DNA from: a virus
Direction: 5' to 3' (one strand)
IMG/VR virus record: IMGVR_UViG_3300033571_019687
Location: 32,001-96,000 of that record
Length of the DNA: 64,000 nucleotides
A program made the position numbers and the translations under genes. Position 1 is the first letter of the stretch; every line of letters starts with the position of its first letter. This document shows, one piece after another, positions 48,225-59,167 of the stretch. Below the pieces are notes generated by a model. The model ran no database searches, was not told where the DNA came from, and saw only the letters and a list, made by a program, of their open reading frames with translations.

Positions 48225-50663
48225 ATGAAAATAATTAAACGTAACAGTAAAACAGTAAACTTTGACCCATCTAAAATTGATAAGAGGATTAGGGCTGCTG
48301 CCAAAGGATTAAATGTAGATACGGCATCATTGTTTGTCAAAGTTATCACATCATTACCAACAGATGATTTGTCAGTATCTACAAGTCAAATAGATGGTGA
48401 ATTGGCTAGAATAGCCAATTCAATGGTAACAACCCATCCAGATTATGCAAAGTTTGCTGCGAGTATAGCATTAACTTCTTTATATAAAGACACTAATCCG
48501 AGTTTTTATGATTTAACAGTATCTTTAGATGGTAAAAATATTCTACACCCTGAATATATCAATAAAGTTAAATCTATCGGTAAAGAGATTGATAATATCA
48601 TTGATTTAACCAAAGATGAGTTGTATGATTATTTTGCAGTAGAATCGCTTAAACAAGTGTATTTGCTTAAAGACAATACTGGTAAACTAATAGAAAGACC
48701 ACAATACATGTATTTAAGAGTGGCTACATGGCTTGCAGATACTTTAGATGAAATTAAGATTTTGTATAATTATTTGTCAAATCAACAAATATCAGCAGCA
48801 ACACCTATTATGATTAACTCAGGTAAATTTTACCCTCAGTTAATTTCATGTACCTTAATTGAGAATAAAGAGGACTCAAGACGTGGTATTATTGAAACTA
48901 TGGGTGATATTTGTGATTATTCTAGTAATGCTGCTGGTATTGGTTTGTGTGTTTCAAATGTTAGATCAGCTAAAACTAAAATTAAATCAAGTGGTGGTAA
49001 TGCTGGTGGTCTATTAAAATACATTAAGATGGTTAATGAAAATCTAAGGTTCTTTAATCAACAAGGTAGAAGACCGGGCGCTGCTGCAATTTATGTTGAG
49101 CCTTGGCATAAAGATATTTTTGACATTATCCATATTAGAAGTCAGACCGGTAAAGATGAACTTAGAGCGAGAGATACATTTTTGGCATTGTGGTGTCCAT
49201 CTAGGTTCTTTGAGGCTGTTGAAAATGATGCAGATTGGTATTTAATGTGTCCTAAAGATATTGAAGACGCTGGTTTACCTGCTTTACATAAAATTTACGG
49301 TGATGAGTTTAACCGTGTTTATGATAAAGCCATTGAATTAGGGTTAGGTGAAAAAATTAAAGCACAAGATTTATGGAAAGAGATTTATAAAGCGCATACT
49401 GAAACTGGTGTGCCTTATATCTTATCAAAAGATAATGCTAACTATAAGTCTAATCAATCTAATATTGGTCCACTTATAATGTCAAACTTGTGTGCTGAAA
49501 TTTTTGAGGTTGCAACACCAGATGAAACTGCTCAATGTACATTATCTTCTATGGTTCTTAAAAACTTTGTTAAAAAAGATAATAATAAGGTTTATTTTGA
49601 CTTTGAGGAAATGAGAAATGCTGTTAAAACAACAGTAAAAATGCTTAATCGTGCTATTGATATTAATGACTATTCTACTGAAAAAGGTAGAATTGGCGGT
49701 CTTAATCAAAGAGCATTAGCTATTGGTGTACAAGGATTAGCAGACGTATTCTTTATGTTTGATTATGTTTTTGATTCACCGGAAGCAAGGGAGCTAAATA
49801 AAGAGATTTTTGAGAATATTTATTTTGCCGCAATTCAAGGTTCTAATGAATTAGTGATTAATGGTCAATATGAACCATATAAATATTTTAAAGGTTCTCC
49901 TATGTCAGAGGGTAAATTCCAATTTGATTTGTGGGGTTATGATCATTCTAACTTGAAATTAGGTAAAGATAAATGGGACGAGCTTAAATCAAGCGTTATT
50001 AAACATGGTATATGTAATAGTTTGTTTACTGCTGTAATGCCAGTTGCATCATCTGCTAAAATTACTGGTTCTAATGAAATGGTTGAACCACAGTTTAGTA
50101 ATGTATATAATAGAAAAGTTATTGGTGGTGAATTTACAATTGTATCTAAATATGTCATTGATGATTTATCAGCATTAGGTATTTGGAATCAACATGTTAA
50201 AGATACTCTTATTATCAATAAGGGTGATATTTCTAAATTACCTTATGAGCAATATCTTGATTTGAGTAATCAATTTATTGTGGATAAAGTTAATCATTTG
50301 ATTGATAAGTATAGAACTATTTGGAACATTAAACAAAAATCGCTTATTGAGATGGCTGCTGATAGAGGACCATTTGTAGACCAATCACAGTCAATGAATA
50401 TCTATATGGCTAATAATACTATTTCAAAAATGACAAGTGCGTTATTATTAGGACATAAGTTAGGACTTAAAACATTGTGTTACTACTATAAAACACAAGC
50501 TGTTGATAGTACTCCAACATATTTGGCAGTTAAATTATCAGATATGGGAGATAAACCTAAATTTGTTAAAGAGGTAGTAGATGAAAGACATGAATTTAGT
50601 GAAAGTTTATTACCACCTAAACCTGAAAATAGTTATTTTGAATGTGAAGGATGTTCAGCGTAA
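48225..50663 (+). CDS. nrdA: Ribonucleotide reductase class Ia alpha subunit with N-terminal ATP cone
   Basis: KIIKRN...FDPSKI cone, ATPIMINSG, QLISC, SNLCAEI, AVMPVASSA, DQSQS, YY, C-terminal CEGCSA. Confidence 0.97.
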   Translation: MKIIKRNSKTVNFDPSKIDKRIRAAAKGLNVDTASLFVKVITSLPTDDLSVSTSQIDGELARIANSMVTTHPDYAKFAASIALTSLYKDTNPSFYDLTVSLDGKNILHPEYINKVKSIGKEIDNIIDLTKDELYDYFAVESLKQVYLLKDNTGKLIERPQYMYLRVATWLADTLDEIKILYNYLSNQQISAATPIMINSGKFYPQLISCTLIENKEDSRRGIIETMGDICDYSSNAAGIGLCVSNVRSAKTKIKSSGGNAGGLLKYIKMVNENLRFFNQQGRRPGAAAIYVEPWHKDIFDIIHIRSQTGKDELRARDTFLALWCPSRFFEAVENDADWYLMCPKDIEDAGLPALHKIYGDEFNRVYDKAIELGLGEKIKAQDLWKEIYKAHTETGVPYILSKDNANYKSNQSNIGPLIMSNLCAEIFEVATPDETAQCTLSSMVLKNFVKKDNNKVYFDFEEMRNAVKTTVKMLNRAIDINDYSTEKGRIGGLNQRALAIGVQGLADVFFMFDYVFDSPEARELNKEIFENIYFAAIQGSNELVINGQYEPYKYFKGSPMSEGKFQFDLWGYDHSNLKLGKDKWDELKSSVIKHGICNSLFTAVMPVASSAKITGSNEMVEPQFSNVYNRKVIGGEFTIVSKYVIDDLSALGIWNQHVKDTLIINKGDISKLPYEQYLDLSNQFIVDKVNHLIDKYRTIWNIKQKSLIEMAADRGPFVDQSQSMNIYMANNTISKMTSALLLGHKLGLKTLCYYYKTQAVDSTPTYLAVKLSDMGDKPKFVKEVVDERHEFSESLLPPKPENSYFECEGCSA

Positions 50664-50664
50664 A

Positions 50665-50694
50665 AAAGGGCCCCAATTGGGGCCTTTCTTTTTT
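50665..50694 (+). terminator. Intrinsic terminator after nrdA
   Basis: AAAGGGCCCC-AATT-GGGGCCTTT followed by CTTTTTT. Confidence 0.8.
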
Positions 50695-50697
50695 GTT

Positions 50698-50704
50698 CTA
50701 TTTA
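50698..50704 (+). promoter_or_regulatory. Putative late promoter CTATTTA
   Basis: CTATTTAATATAAA upstream of the gp25-like gene. Confidence 0.6.
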
Positions 50705-50719
50705 ATATAAATTGGTATT

Positions 50720-51103
50720 ATGAGTGTTAGAAAAACTACATACGGCATATCATTCCCATTTGAGGATTCACAAAATGGTGATTATTTCAAATTGACAACC
50801 TCTCCGATTGAGGAAACTAAAACCATGCTTATACATTATTTTATGACAGATAAAGGATCAAGATATATGTATCCAGAATTTGGTACTAGGCTTAAATATC
50901 TATTATTTGATCAAAATGATGAGATTATGAGACAGGAGGTCACTCAAGAAATATATGATGTTGAAAATTATATCCCTAATGTTAAAATTAAAGGGGTTAA
51001 TTATGAAAAGGATGAAAATAGAAGTACATTAATAGTATCAATAAATTATCTATTCACAGATAATACATTTGAATATAACGACAATATAACAATAGAACTA
51101 TAA
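50720..51103 (+). CDS. Baseplate wedge protein (T4 gp25 / P2 gpW-like)
   Basis: GISFPF, TDKGSRYMYPEFGTRL..LLF. Confidence 0.88.
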   Translation: MSVRKTTYGISFPFEDSQNGDYFKLTTSPIEETKTMLIHYFMTDKGSRYMYPEFGTRLKYLLFDQNDEIMRQEVTQEIYDVENYIPNVKIKGVNYEKDENRSTLIVSINYLFTDNTFEYNDNITIEL

Positions 51104-51104
51104 A

Positions 51105-52928
51105 ATGGCAAGAACATTATCTTATGCTGTTAGGGATTTTAAATCACTTAAAGAAGAACAGTATAATTACATAAAAAATTATTACCCAGATCTAATCAAT
51201 AATTTCAATGATGGATCAATAATGTCAGTATTAGCTGATTTAAATGCTGGTATTGCTGATACTTTAAATCATGGTATTGATAGATCCGTTAATGAGGTAT
51301 TTTTATATACTGCTCAAAAAAGGGAATCATTGTATAGATTAGCTGAAACTTATGGGTTAAGCTTACCAAATAAATCAGCAAGCATTGCTATATGTCAGTT
51401 TACAGTTCAAGTACCAGCATTTGGTGACGATGCTGACCCTTCGTATATGCCAATACTTAAAGCAGGTACTCAAGTATTAGGTGGTAATAATAGTTACGAG
51501 TTATTATATGACGTGGATTTTTCCTCACCATTCAATATATCAGGTGTATTAGATAGAACAAAAACTCCTATTACATCAAATGGGATTATTGTGGCATATA
51601 GATTAACTAAAACGGGTATAGTAATAGCCGGTATTAGCAAAGTATTTACACAGGTTTTTGGTAATGCAGATGTTAAACCGTTTTATTCTCTTATTTTACC
51701 AGATGATAACGTATTATCTGTACAAAGCGTAATAATGAAGCCCGGCACAAACTTATCATCTCAACCATCTATTAATGATTTTTCAAATGAGAATTATTTG
51801 TGGTATGAAGTTGATGCCTTAGCACAAAAAAGTGTTTTTGTTAGAGATAGAAGTAAAGCCGTTGACAGTAATGGTATTCCAGCAGGTAAGTGGTTAGAGA
51901 CAACTAAACGTTATATCAAAAAATATTTACCAAATAATCAATGTAAAATAACATTTGGTAATCAAACAAATTCAGGATTTGATATTCTTGACGATTTTGT
52001 TGATGGTGGAACATTTGATTTACAGTCGTTATTGAATAATAGTAGTTTAGGTGAAGCACCATTTAAAAATCACACAATGTACATTAGGTATAGAATAGGC
52101 GGTGGTAGTAATAGTAATGTAGGTGTTAATGTTATTAATTCATTTGGTACAAAATATATTGAAATAAATGGTAGTGATGTTAGAACAAACGCCGTTGTTG
52201 AAGGTTCTTTAAGTGTTACAAACGTAACTCCAGCAGTTGGTGGGGGTGAAGAGTTAGATATTGAAGAATTAAGAAATATGATTGCATATAACTTTGCATC
52301 TCAAAAAAGAGCAGTCACATTAAATGATTATAAAGCGTTATTGGTTTCATTACCAAAAGATTTTGGTGCCCCAGCTAAAGTAGGTGTAAGACAAGTAAAC
52401 AATAAAATAGAAGTCAACTTACTATCTTATGATAATGAGGGCAAAATTTCCAATCAAGTAACATCTACTGTAATGGAAAATGTGGGAGCATATTTATCAA
52501 ATTATAGAATGTTAAATGATTACATACTTATTAAACCCGGACAAGTAATTGATTTAGGATTTGAAGTGAGTGTATTGATTGATAATACAACTCAAATAGA
52601 AACTAGTAATAGAATAATTGATCTTATTAATAGTGAGTTTGAAAATTCAAAGATTGATACTGGTAGATCATATAATCTTGGTAGATTAATTAGACTTATA
52701 TCAAACATTGATACCGTACAAAACATTAACTTTATTAAAGTATATAATAAAGTCGGTGGTCAATATAGCAGCAACACGATAAATCAACCTTTAAATAATA
52801 CTACTACAAGGGAAGTAAATACTAGCAATAATATTTTAAAGTGTGAATCTAATCAAATTTTACAAATTAGATATCCACAAAGAGATATTATTGTTAGAAC
52901 AACTACTCTTAGTAATAACTTAATCTAA
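51105..52928 (+). CDS. Baseplate wedge protein (T4 gp6 / baseplate J-like)
   Basis: RDFKSLK, ITFGN, YRIGGG...NV, PAVGGG, RAVTLNDY. Confidence 0.85.
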   Translation: MARTLSYAVRDFKSLKEEQYNYIKNYYPDLINNFNDGSIMSVLADLNAGIADTLNHGIDRSVNEVFLYTAQKRESLYRLAETYGLSLPNKSASIAICQFTVQVPAFGDDADPSYMPILKAGTQVLGGNNSYELLYDVDFSSPFNISGVLDRTKTPITSNGIIVAYRLTKTGIVIAGISKVFTQVFGNADVKPFYSLILPDDNVLSVQSVIMKPGTNLSSQPSINDFSNENYLWYEVDALAQKSVFVRDRSKAVDSNGIPAGKWLETTKRYIKKYLPNNQCKITFGNQTNSGFDILDDFVDGGTFDLQSLLNNSSLGEAPFKNHTMYIRYRIGGGSNSNVGVNVINSFGTKYIEINGSDVRTNAVVEGSLSVTNVTPAVGGGEELDIEELRNMIAYNFASQKRAVTLNDYKALLVSLPKDFGAPAKVGVRQVNNKIEVNLLSYDNEGKISNQVTSTVMENVGAYLSNYRMLNDYILIKPGQVIDLGFEVSVLIDNTTQIETSNRIIDLINSEFENSKIDTGRSYNLGRLIRLISNIDTVQNINFIKVYNKVGGQYSSNTINQPLNNTTTREVNTSNNILKCESNQILQIRYPQRDIIVRTTTLSNNLI

Positions 52929-52929
52929 T

Positions 52930-55128
52930 ATGGACATAGAAAATATCGTATTAAAGGTAGATGATTTAAATACCGATAATGTCATTAGTTTAAATTTAGA
53001 ACAAGACTTTGATGAACTCAAAGTCTTATCTTTAGCTGTTTCATCTGATGATGTCTATAATCGAGTATCCTCTAATGAAGGTGTAATTGCCGGTAGTATA
53101 AAACTAAAAAATGGTGTTGGTGTGCAAAATGCAAAAGTCAGTGTTTTCATACCTATAACAACTGATGATTTGTTAAGGAACGATATTATCAAATATTACC
53201 CCTTTACAAGCCCTACAGATGCTTTCCCTAATGGTTTGAGACATAATCTACTACCAAGGGTTAGGAACGCTAAAAACGCATCACATAGAGCCGTAGGAAG
53301 CTTTCCTGATGTGAATGATTTTGTTAATTATCCTATATTGGAGGAAGTATATAACAAGTATTATAAATTCACTGCAACGACAAACGAAAATGGTGATTAT
53401 ATGATATTTGGCGTACCGGTTGGCCCACATCAAGTTAGAATGGATTTTGATTTGTTTGATACAAATAGTTTCAATATTAATGCAAGTGATTTAGCTAATC
53501 AGTTATCTGGTGGTGAGACAATAAATTCAATAAAGTCTTTCATATCTGCAAATATATCTGGTTCAACATTAGATGATGTATCAAATATACCGGGATTCAT
53601 TTATACCGGAAATGGTGATTATGAGGTAGAAGTCAATGTTGATATTGATAAGATGCCAAATATATTTACAGAGGTTAAACAATTAAATGTCTTACCTTTT
53701 TGGGGTGATAATAATAACGTAGGTATTACTGAATGTAATTTTACTATTGATTATACTTTTATTCCAACTGCAACATTTTTCGGTTTTATAGGATCATCCC
53801 CTGAATACATAGGTTACAATTTTGATGGTTCATATTTTACCATTAATAACGACTCAGGATTGGACGAAAATTCTGTTATAGAAGCAAATAGTGTTTATGG
53901 TGAAACTAAAGATGGTAGAATAGCCGGTGGGTTTTATCCTGTTCAGGAATTAGAAGTGGTGATTTATAAAATGGATGATACTAATACTGTTGGTACAAGA
54001 AAAAGAATTGGTACATATAGATTTCCAAAATCTAGTGGAGTATTCAAGATTAATTTACCAATGTATAGTGATTATTACATGACTAATGAATACGGTGATA
54101 AAATACCTACTGAAAATAAAACATTGGGTGTACCAACTAAAGGTTCATATTGTTTTGAGTTTTACGAGGCGGATAAGATTAATTACGGTACCAGAAGACC
54201 TTGGGGAGGATTTAAACATCAAGTATTATCTGGTGTTAGAATACCTGCCAATAATGAAGGAGACCCTAATATAGGCGGTTGGTTAGGCACTTATTGGGGT
54301 AGTTTTGAATACGACATATTGAATAACAGACGTAAGTTTTATACAATAAAAACTTCATACAAATCACATGGTAATACCATAAATCAGAATGGGTTAAATA
54401 TCCCATATATACCAAAAATTGATACCAATAAATCTGAAAAAGTATTTTGGCAACATCCAGTAAGTAATATAACTGGAGATACGGAAGTAATTGGTTCATG
54501 TTTTTTACCTAGAATTTCTGTTAATACAGCTAGAGGTACTGTAGTTAGAAATGTATTGAGAAATTTTTCTATAATTATTGATGATGTTGTTGATGTAAAT
54601 AGGTTAAAAATTCCGGGGTTAATAGAAGAGATTGTTTATGGTATTGGTAGCGATATAGCAGGCGGATCAAGTACAGTAGGTAAAAATATAGGCCCAGTAT
54701 TTGAAGAATTATTTAATAGCAACGATTTTACTTCTAATAATCTTGATATATATGGCCAATTAGATACTGTTAATTTTGGCGATAATTCAGGTAGTGTTGT
54801 TTATAGGGGTACACCATATTCAAGAGATTTGGCTAAAAGTAAAAATAGTGAGGCTAATTCTTTTAATGTACACCCACCGTATAACAAAGCACTTAATGAT
54901 ACTGTAACAGTTGGATTATTTGTTAATTGTTGTGACTTTAGAAATTATAAAACTGCATTAGAAATAGAAATTGTGGATATTACAAATGATTTACCTGATC
55001 TAATTGCAAATACTGTCTATTCATCTTATGGTAAACAAAATAATATGTATAATGGCAAATACTATTATTTTGGTATGTGGGATGGGGCAAATTCACTAAT
55101 AGACATAGAAAACATCTACTTTAAATAA
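52930..55128 (+). CDS. Putative baseplate-associated structural protein
   Basis: GVIAGSI...GVQNAKVSVF and TNENGDYMIFGVPVG (carboxypeptidase-regulatory-like beta sandwich). Confidence 0.55.
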   Translation: MDIENIVLKVDDLNTDNVISLNLEQDFDELKVLSLAVSSDDVYNRVSSNEGVIAGSIKLKNGVGVQNAKVSVFIPITTDDLLRNDIIKYYPFTSPTDAFPNGLRHNLLPRVRNAKNASHRAVGSFPDVNDFVNYPILEEVYNKYYKFTATTNENGDYMIFGVPVGPHQVRMDFDLFDTNSFNINASDLANQLSGGETINSIKSFISANISGSTLDDVSNIPGFIYTGNGDYEVEVNVDIDKMPNIFTEVKQLNVLPFWGDNNNVGITECNFTIDYTFIPTATFFGFIGSSPEYIGYNFDGSYFTINNDSGLDENSVIEANSVYGETKDGRIAGGFYPVQELEVVIYKMDDTNTVGTRKRIGTYRFPKSSGVFKINLPMYSDYYMTNEYGDKIPTENKTLGVPTKGSYCFEFYEADKINYGTRRPWGGFKHQVLSGVRIPANNEGDPNIGGWLGTYWGSFEYDILNNRRKFYTIKTSYKSHGNTINQNGLNIPYIPKIDTNKSEKVFWQHPVSNITGDTEVIGSCFLPRISVNTARGTVVRNVLRNFSIIIDDVVDVNRLKIPGLIEEIVYGIGSDIAGGSSTVGKNIGPVFEELFNSNDFTSNNLDIYGQLDTVNFGDNSGSVVYRGTPYSRDLAKSKNSEANSFNVHPPYNKALNDTVTVGLFVNCCDFRNYKTALEIEIVDITNDLPDLIANTVYSSYGKQNNMYNGKYYYFGMWDGANSLIDIENIYFK

Positions 55129-56627
55129 TGAAAGAGAGATTAGATAAAACAATAGGTATTAAAAGTGATATATCTCTACCATTAACTGTTGAATCAGCAG
55201 AAAAACGAATGGTAGATGATAAATACTATTATACCATATCTGGTATTCAACAATATCAGTTAGAAAAAAATACCACTAATAATCTTAGATTATATGGTAA
55301 AGTTGATCCTATAATTAATACAAACCCCGTTATTTTACTTAATAATAACATATATTCATCTATCAATATTGATAAAACCAAATTGTCTTTTAATAAAGAT
55401 AATTGGTCAATTGTTGTATTGGTTGAAACAGGTGAAGAACTTTATGTAAAAACAGCGAATAATGAATTTGATTTAAGAAAGGGTATTCCAGCAAAGATTG
55501 CGTATGAGTTAAATATAGATACACCTAATAGGTTATGTTTTAAACCCTTATTTGAATGTGATGTTGAATTTGGCGATACGCTTTATGTGACAAATGCAAC
55601 AAATAGCGAAATATCATCTGGATTATATGTGGTTGATGAATATACAAATGGTATTGTGTATTTAAGAGATACAAGGCCTGCTATACAAAGCGTAACAGGT
55701 TATACGGTTACAGATACATTGATAGGTAATGTAGGTTTTAAGAATAGTGAATTATCTGCATTATATGAAGATAGACCAAATGTTATTAAACTACTTAAAC
55801 CAGATCTAAATTTCAGAAAAGTTAAAAATGGTGAGTTAATACAGTATTATTTTAAACAATTAGAAGTCATAGATATAATACCTGATTATGATATATGTTC
55901 ATTTAGTAAAAATTGTTTCAATTCAGAAATTTATAATTTTGTAAATGATATAGATACTAATATTGAGAACTTATTGAATCATAAAGGTTATCCGATAACA
56001 AATATTGTTATTGGTATTATGTATAATGGCGGCATAAAATCTAATTTAAGTGAGTTTATTGAAAGTACTAGTAGTGATTATATAGAAAATACTAATGGTG
56101 TATATATAGGTCAGAAATACATACATTCAATATGTTCTTGGTCTGTATTAGAACAAGTTGAAACTGAACTTACCACTTTAAAACACTGTTTTATGTTGGG
56201 TGATGTATTATATCATTATAACCCATTTTACATAAAACAACTTAGATTATTGGGTGAATTGCAGACCACTAGTAATCAGGAACTAACACCATATTATGCA
56301 ACATTACTTAATGATGGTAGATATATATGGAGAGATGTTAAAGATTATGCTTATGTTGATCCATTAACGGCAGCAAACGTAGATTATCCATTCATTAACA
56401 ACGCTTTATATGTTTACAATGATATAAGGTTTATCGTTAATGTAGAAAAGAGATATACTAAACTAAATACTAATGATGATAATGATTTAGTTAATATTAG
56501 AAATGTGCCTACAAGAATTAATCAATCATATATATTTAATTTTAGAGATTATATAAATGGTCTATTTGATAATACAGGACTGTTTACTGATGATAACTTT
56601 AGTGAATACAAGCGAGTAAAATGTTAA
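55128..56627 (+). CDS. Hypothetical structural protein
   Basis: 499-aa ORF in the baseplate operon. Confidence 0.65.
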   Translation: MKERLDKTIGIKSDISLPLTVESAEKRMVDDKYYYTISGIQQYQLEKNTTNNLRLYGKVDPIINTNPVILLNNNIYSSINIDKTKLSFNKDNWSIVVLVETGEELYVKTANNEFDLRKGIPAKIAYELNIDTPNRLCFKPLFECDVEFGDTLYVTNATNSEISSGLYVVDEYTNGIVYLRDTRPAIQSVTGYTVTDTLIGNVGFKNSELSALYEDRPNVIKLLKPDLNFRKVKNGELIQYYFKQLEVIDIIPDYDICSFSKNCFNSEIYNFVNDIDTNIENLLNHKGYPITNIVIGIMYNGGIKSNLSEFIESTSSDYIENTNGVYIGQKYIHSICSWSVLEQVETELTTLKHCFMLGDVLYHYNPFYIKQLRLLGELQTTSNQELTPYYATLLNDGRYIWRDVKDYAYVDPLTAANVDYPFINNALYVYNDIRFIVNVEKRYTKLNTNDDNDLVNIRNVPTRINQSYIFNFRDYINGLFDNTGLFTDDNFSEYKRVKC

Positions 56628-59167
56628 AGATAGACAAAGATATTAATTTAGTAATAGATGTCAGCTCTGATATTGGTAAATCTAATCAGAGTGAAAATAA
56701 CACTGATTTTTTAAATCAAAATGTAGGATTTTCGGTTAATCCGATTACTGATAATGAGTTGTATGAATTTAAAAATAGATTCACTAATATAAGTTATTGT
56801 CTATTTTTTTTCAATACATTTAATCCGCTTATATCTGGTGACACATTAGATAGGTTTATTGATAGTAATTATATAATACTTAAAAGTGATATTAATAATT
56901 TAGCTTTAACTATACAAAGACAGTCATTAATAACAGATTATCAATATTATGCTATACCAAGACCTTACAATACTAATTTATTGCCTAGTGAAGTACTTAT
57001 TAATAGTGGTTTAATCTCGCAAAGTTTTGTTACTGATATATCACTACCTAGACCAACATTTACCGATTTACCTATATATTACTCATCGTTTGCAATACCT
57101 TTTAAATCTAAACAAACAACGTGGGTTAATAATTACAATGATAAGCCTTATTTGTATGCAAGTGGATTAATTATTGAATACTTTGATAGTAATGATCCTA
57201 TAAGACAGAAGTTAATAATGACCACTAAGGTACCTGTTAGTGAGAGATATTGTGATACAGAAGTATTAAGTGAGAGTAAAACATTAAGACCTTTATTCAA
57301 TTTAGATAAAACTAAAGAAGGTTATTCTATATCATTTACTAAATTTGGTTTTGATGAGTTGTATGCTAAGTATTATTTTTATGATGCCGCAAATAATAGA
57401 CGTATCCCAATGATACCAGCAAGCGTTAGTACAAATAATAGAAGATGGGTGATTTCAAATGATGAATTTAATGTTAAATATGAGTATTCTAAAATCGTTT
57501 TGAATAAATCCTTATTACAATACGATACGTTATTATTTGATGGAAATGATTATACAATAGAAACACCAGATATTGATTTATTTGAACTAGTGATTGATAC
57601 ATATTGGTCAGATAAAAAAGTTCCCATATTTAGACCAACCCAACCAGTACCAGTATCATATTTTGGTACAATGGTTAAAAATAATAGTATAAACAAAGAC
57701 ATTAGTATCAATAATACACTATTTGAAGATGGTTTATTAGATACAATGTTTAGAAATAATATATATGAAAATGCTAATGTAGTTAATACTGTATTTAAGA
57801 TATTAATATATTCATTATTTACCAACAATGAGTTAAAATATTTTTTCGGATCAGACTTTAAGTTTAATAGATATGATTTAATCAATGATAGAGGGAATTT
57901 ATCTATTGAGAGTAACTTAGGTAAAATAAGAATACAAAACCAGTCAAATAAACAATTTAAACTTAAAGATTTGTATTTTGATACTATAAACTTAACTGGT
58001 AATACTTTAAATAATCAATCTTTTGTTACTGTTGAAAAAACTAGATTAGATCAATTTAATAGATATGCTTCAATTAAACTAGCGTATGGGGACGAAACTT
58101 CAAGATTACCAGACTACCCAGAAGATAATATCTATATCAAGTTTGTAGATTTAATAAATGATAATGGTTTCATGAATGTTGTGTTAGGTACACATACAAA
58201 TCCAACTTATGTTGCAATGCGTAAAGCCGATATTGATGATTTTTTTTATGATGTAAGTCATCAATATGGAGAATTAGAAATACCTACCGATTTAAGATTT
58301 ATTTCTAGCGGTAATACTTTTGCATCTAATACCGGATTTAATTTTACAAATACAGGGACAATGGTTTCAAGCGGATTTTATATAAAGCCTGCTAAAGAAT
58401 GGTCTGATGCTGATAAAGAATTGGTATATAAAAGAGAGGTCGAATCTAAATTTGAGACTCTTAATCAATACACTGATTATCTTTTAAACTCTACTGCAAT
58501 AAAGTATGTTATTTTAAGTAGAAATTCTAGTACTATAGGTAGAATAGAACTTACTCAAAATACTACACCAAAAGGTCAGAGTGTTGCCACTAATACCGGT
58601 ATTAGATTAACTGTAAATGGTATAACATATCAAAATACTCCTTATACTTTTAGATTTAATAAATACCCAAATGTTAATTTTATCCAGAATAGGAAATTTT
58701 GGCTTAAAAATTTGAATGAGTATAAACAATTATATGATCAGTATATAGCAAGTCTAGCAAATATAGATCCAACTAACGGGCAGTTAACAGGTGTTAATAC
58801 ACAAAGTATAAATATAATAAAAAATGCTATATTAACATTAAAACCTATTAGCGAAATAAAAACTGATTATATTAACTTAATGAGATATTACCATAGGCTA
58901 GTTCCAAATAGAGACCAATCAAGTTTATTTGATAATGATTTCTCGGTCGTTGTTAATATGGTTACAAATCAAACTAAATCTATTATTGAGCCAAGTGAAA
59001 TTATAGATTTAGATGTAAAAACCTATTTTAATTACTTACTGTTTTCATATAATTTTGATATACCTTCTACATTAAGATGTAATATAGTATATAAGGCAAT
59101 ATTTGAGGATTTAAATGATTCTAGTATAACAGAACTAACTGATGCTATTAACTTTTCATTGATATGA
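56621..59167 (+). CDS. Hypothetical structural protein
   Basis: 848-aa ORF in the baseplate operon. Confidence 0.65.
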   Translation: MLKIDKDINLVIDVSSDIGKSNQSENNTDFLNQNVGFSVNPITDNELYEFKNRFTNISYCLFFFNTFNPLISGDTLDRFIDSNYIILKSDINNLALTIQRQSLITDYQYYAIPRPYNTNLLPSEVLINSGLISQSFVTDISLPRPTFTDLPIYYSSFAIPFKSKQTTWVNNYNDKPYLYASGLIIEYFDSNDPIRQKLIMTTKVPVSERYCDTEVLSESKTLRPLFNLDKTKEGYSISFTKFGFDELYAKYYFYDAANNRRIPMIPASVSTNNRRWVISNDEFNVKYEYSKIVLNKSLLQYDTLLFDGNDYTIETPDIDLFELVIDTYWSDKKVPIFRPTQPVPVSYFGTMVKNNSINKDISINNTLFEDGLLDTMFRNNIYENANVVNTVFKILIYSLFTNNELKYFFGSDFKFNRYDLINDRGNLSIESNLGKIRIQNQSNKQFKLKDLYFDTINLTGNTLNNQSFVTVEKTRLDQFNRYASIKLAYGDETSRLPDYPEDNIYIKFVDLINDNGFMNVVLGTHTNPTYVAMRKADIDDFFYDVSHQYGELEIPTDLRFISSGNTFASNTGFNFTNTGTMVSSGFYIKPAKEWSDADKELVYKREVESKFETLNQYTDYLLNSTAIKYVILSRNSSTIGRIELTQNTTPKGQSVATNTGIRLTVNGITYQNTPYTFRFNKYPNVNFIQNRKFWLKNLNEYKQLYDQYIASLANIDPTNGQLTGVNTQSINIIKNAILTLKPISEIKTDYINLMRYYHRLVPNRDQSSLFDNDFSVVVNMVTNQTKSIIEPSEIIDLDVKTYFNYLLFSYNFDIPSTLRCNIVYKAIFEDLNDSSITELTDAINFSLI

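Noticed and set aside
43142-50663. Inteins, introns or homing endonucleases in recA, dnaB, nrdB or nrdA
   Set aside because: Proteins are of normal length with continuous motifs; no LAGLIDADG, HNH or GIY-YIG signatures or intein termini seen
15199-50663. Eukaryotic giant virus (NCLDV) origin suggested by SNF2 and the eukaryote-like RNR
   Set aside because: Contractile tail genes, bacterial sigma factor, bacterial promoters and terminators, and operon coupling argue against it
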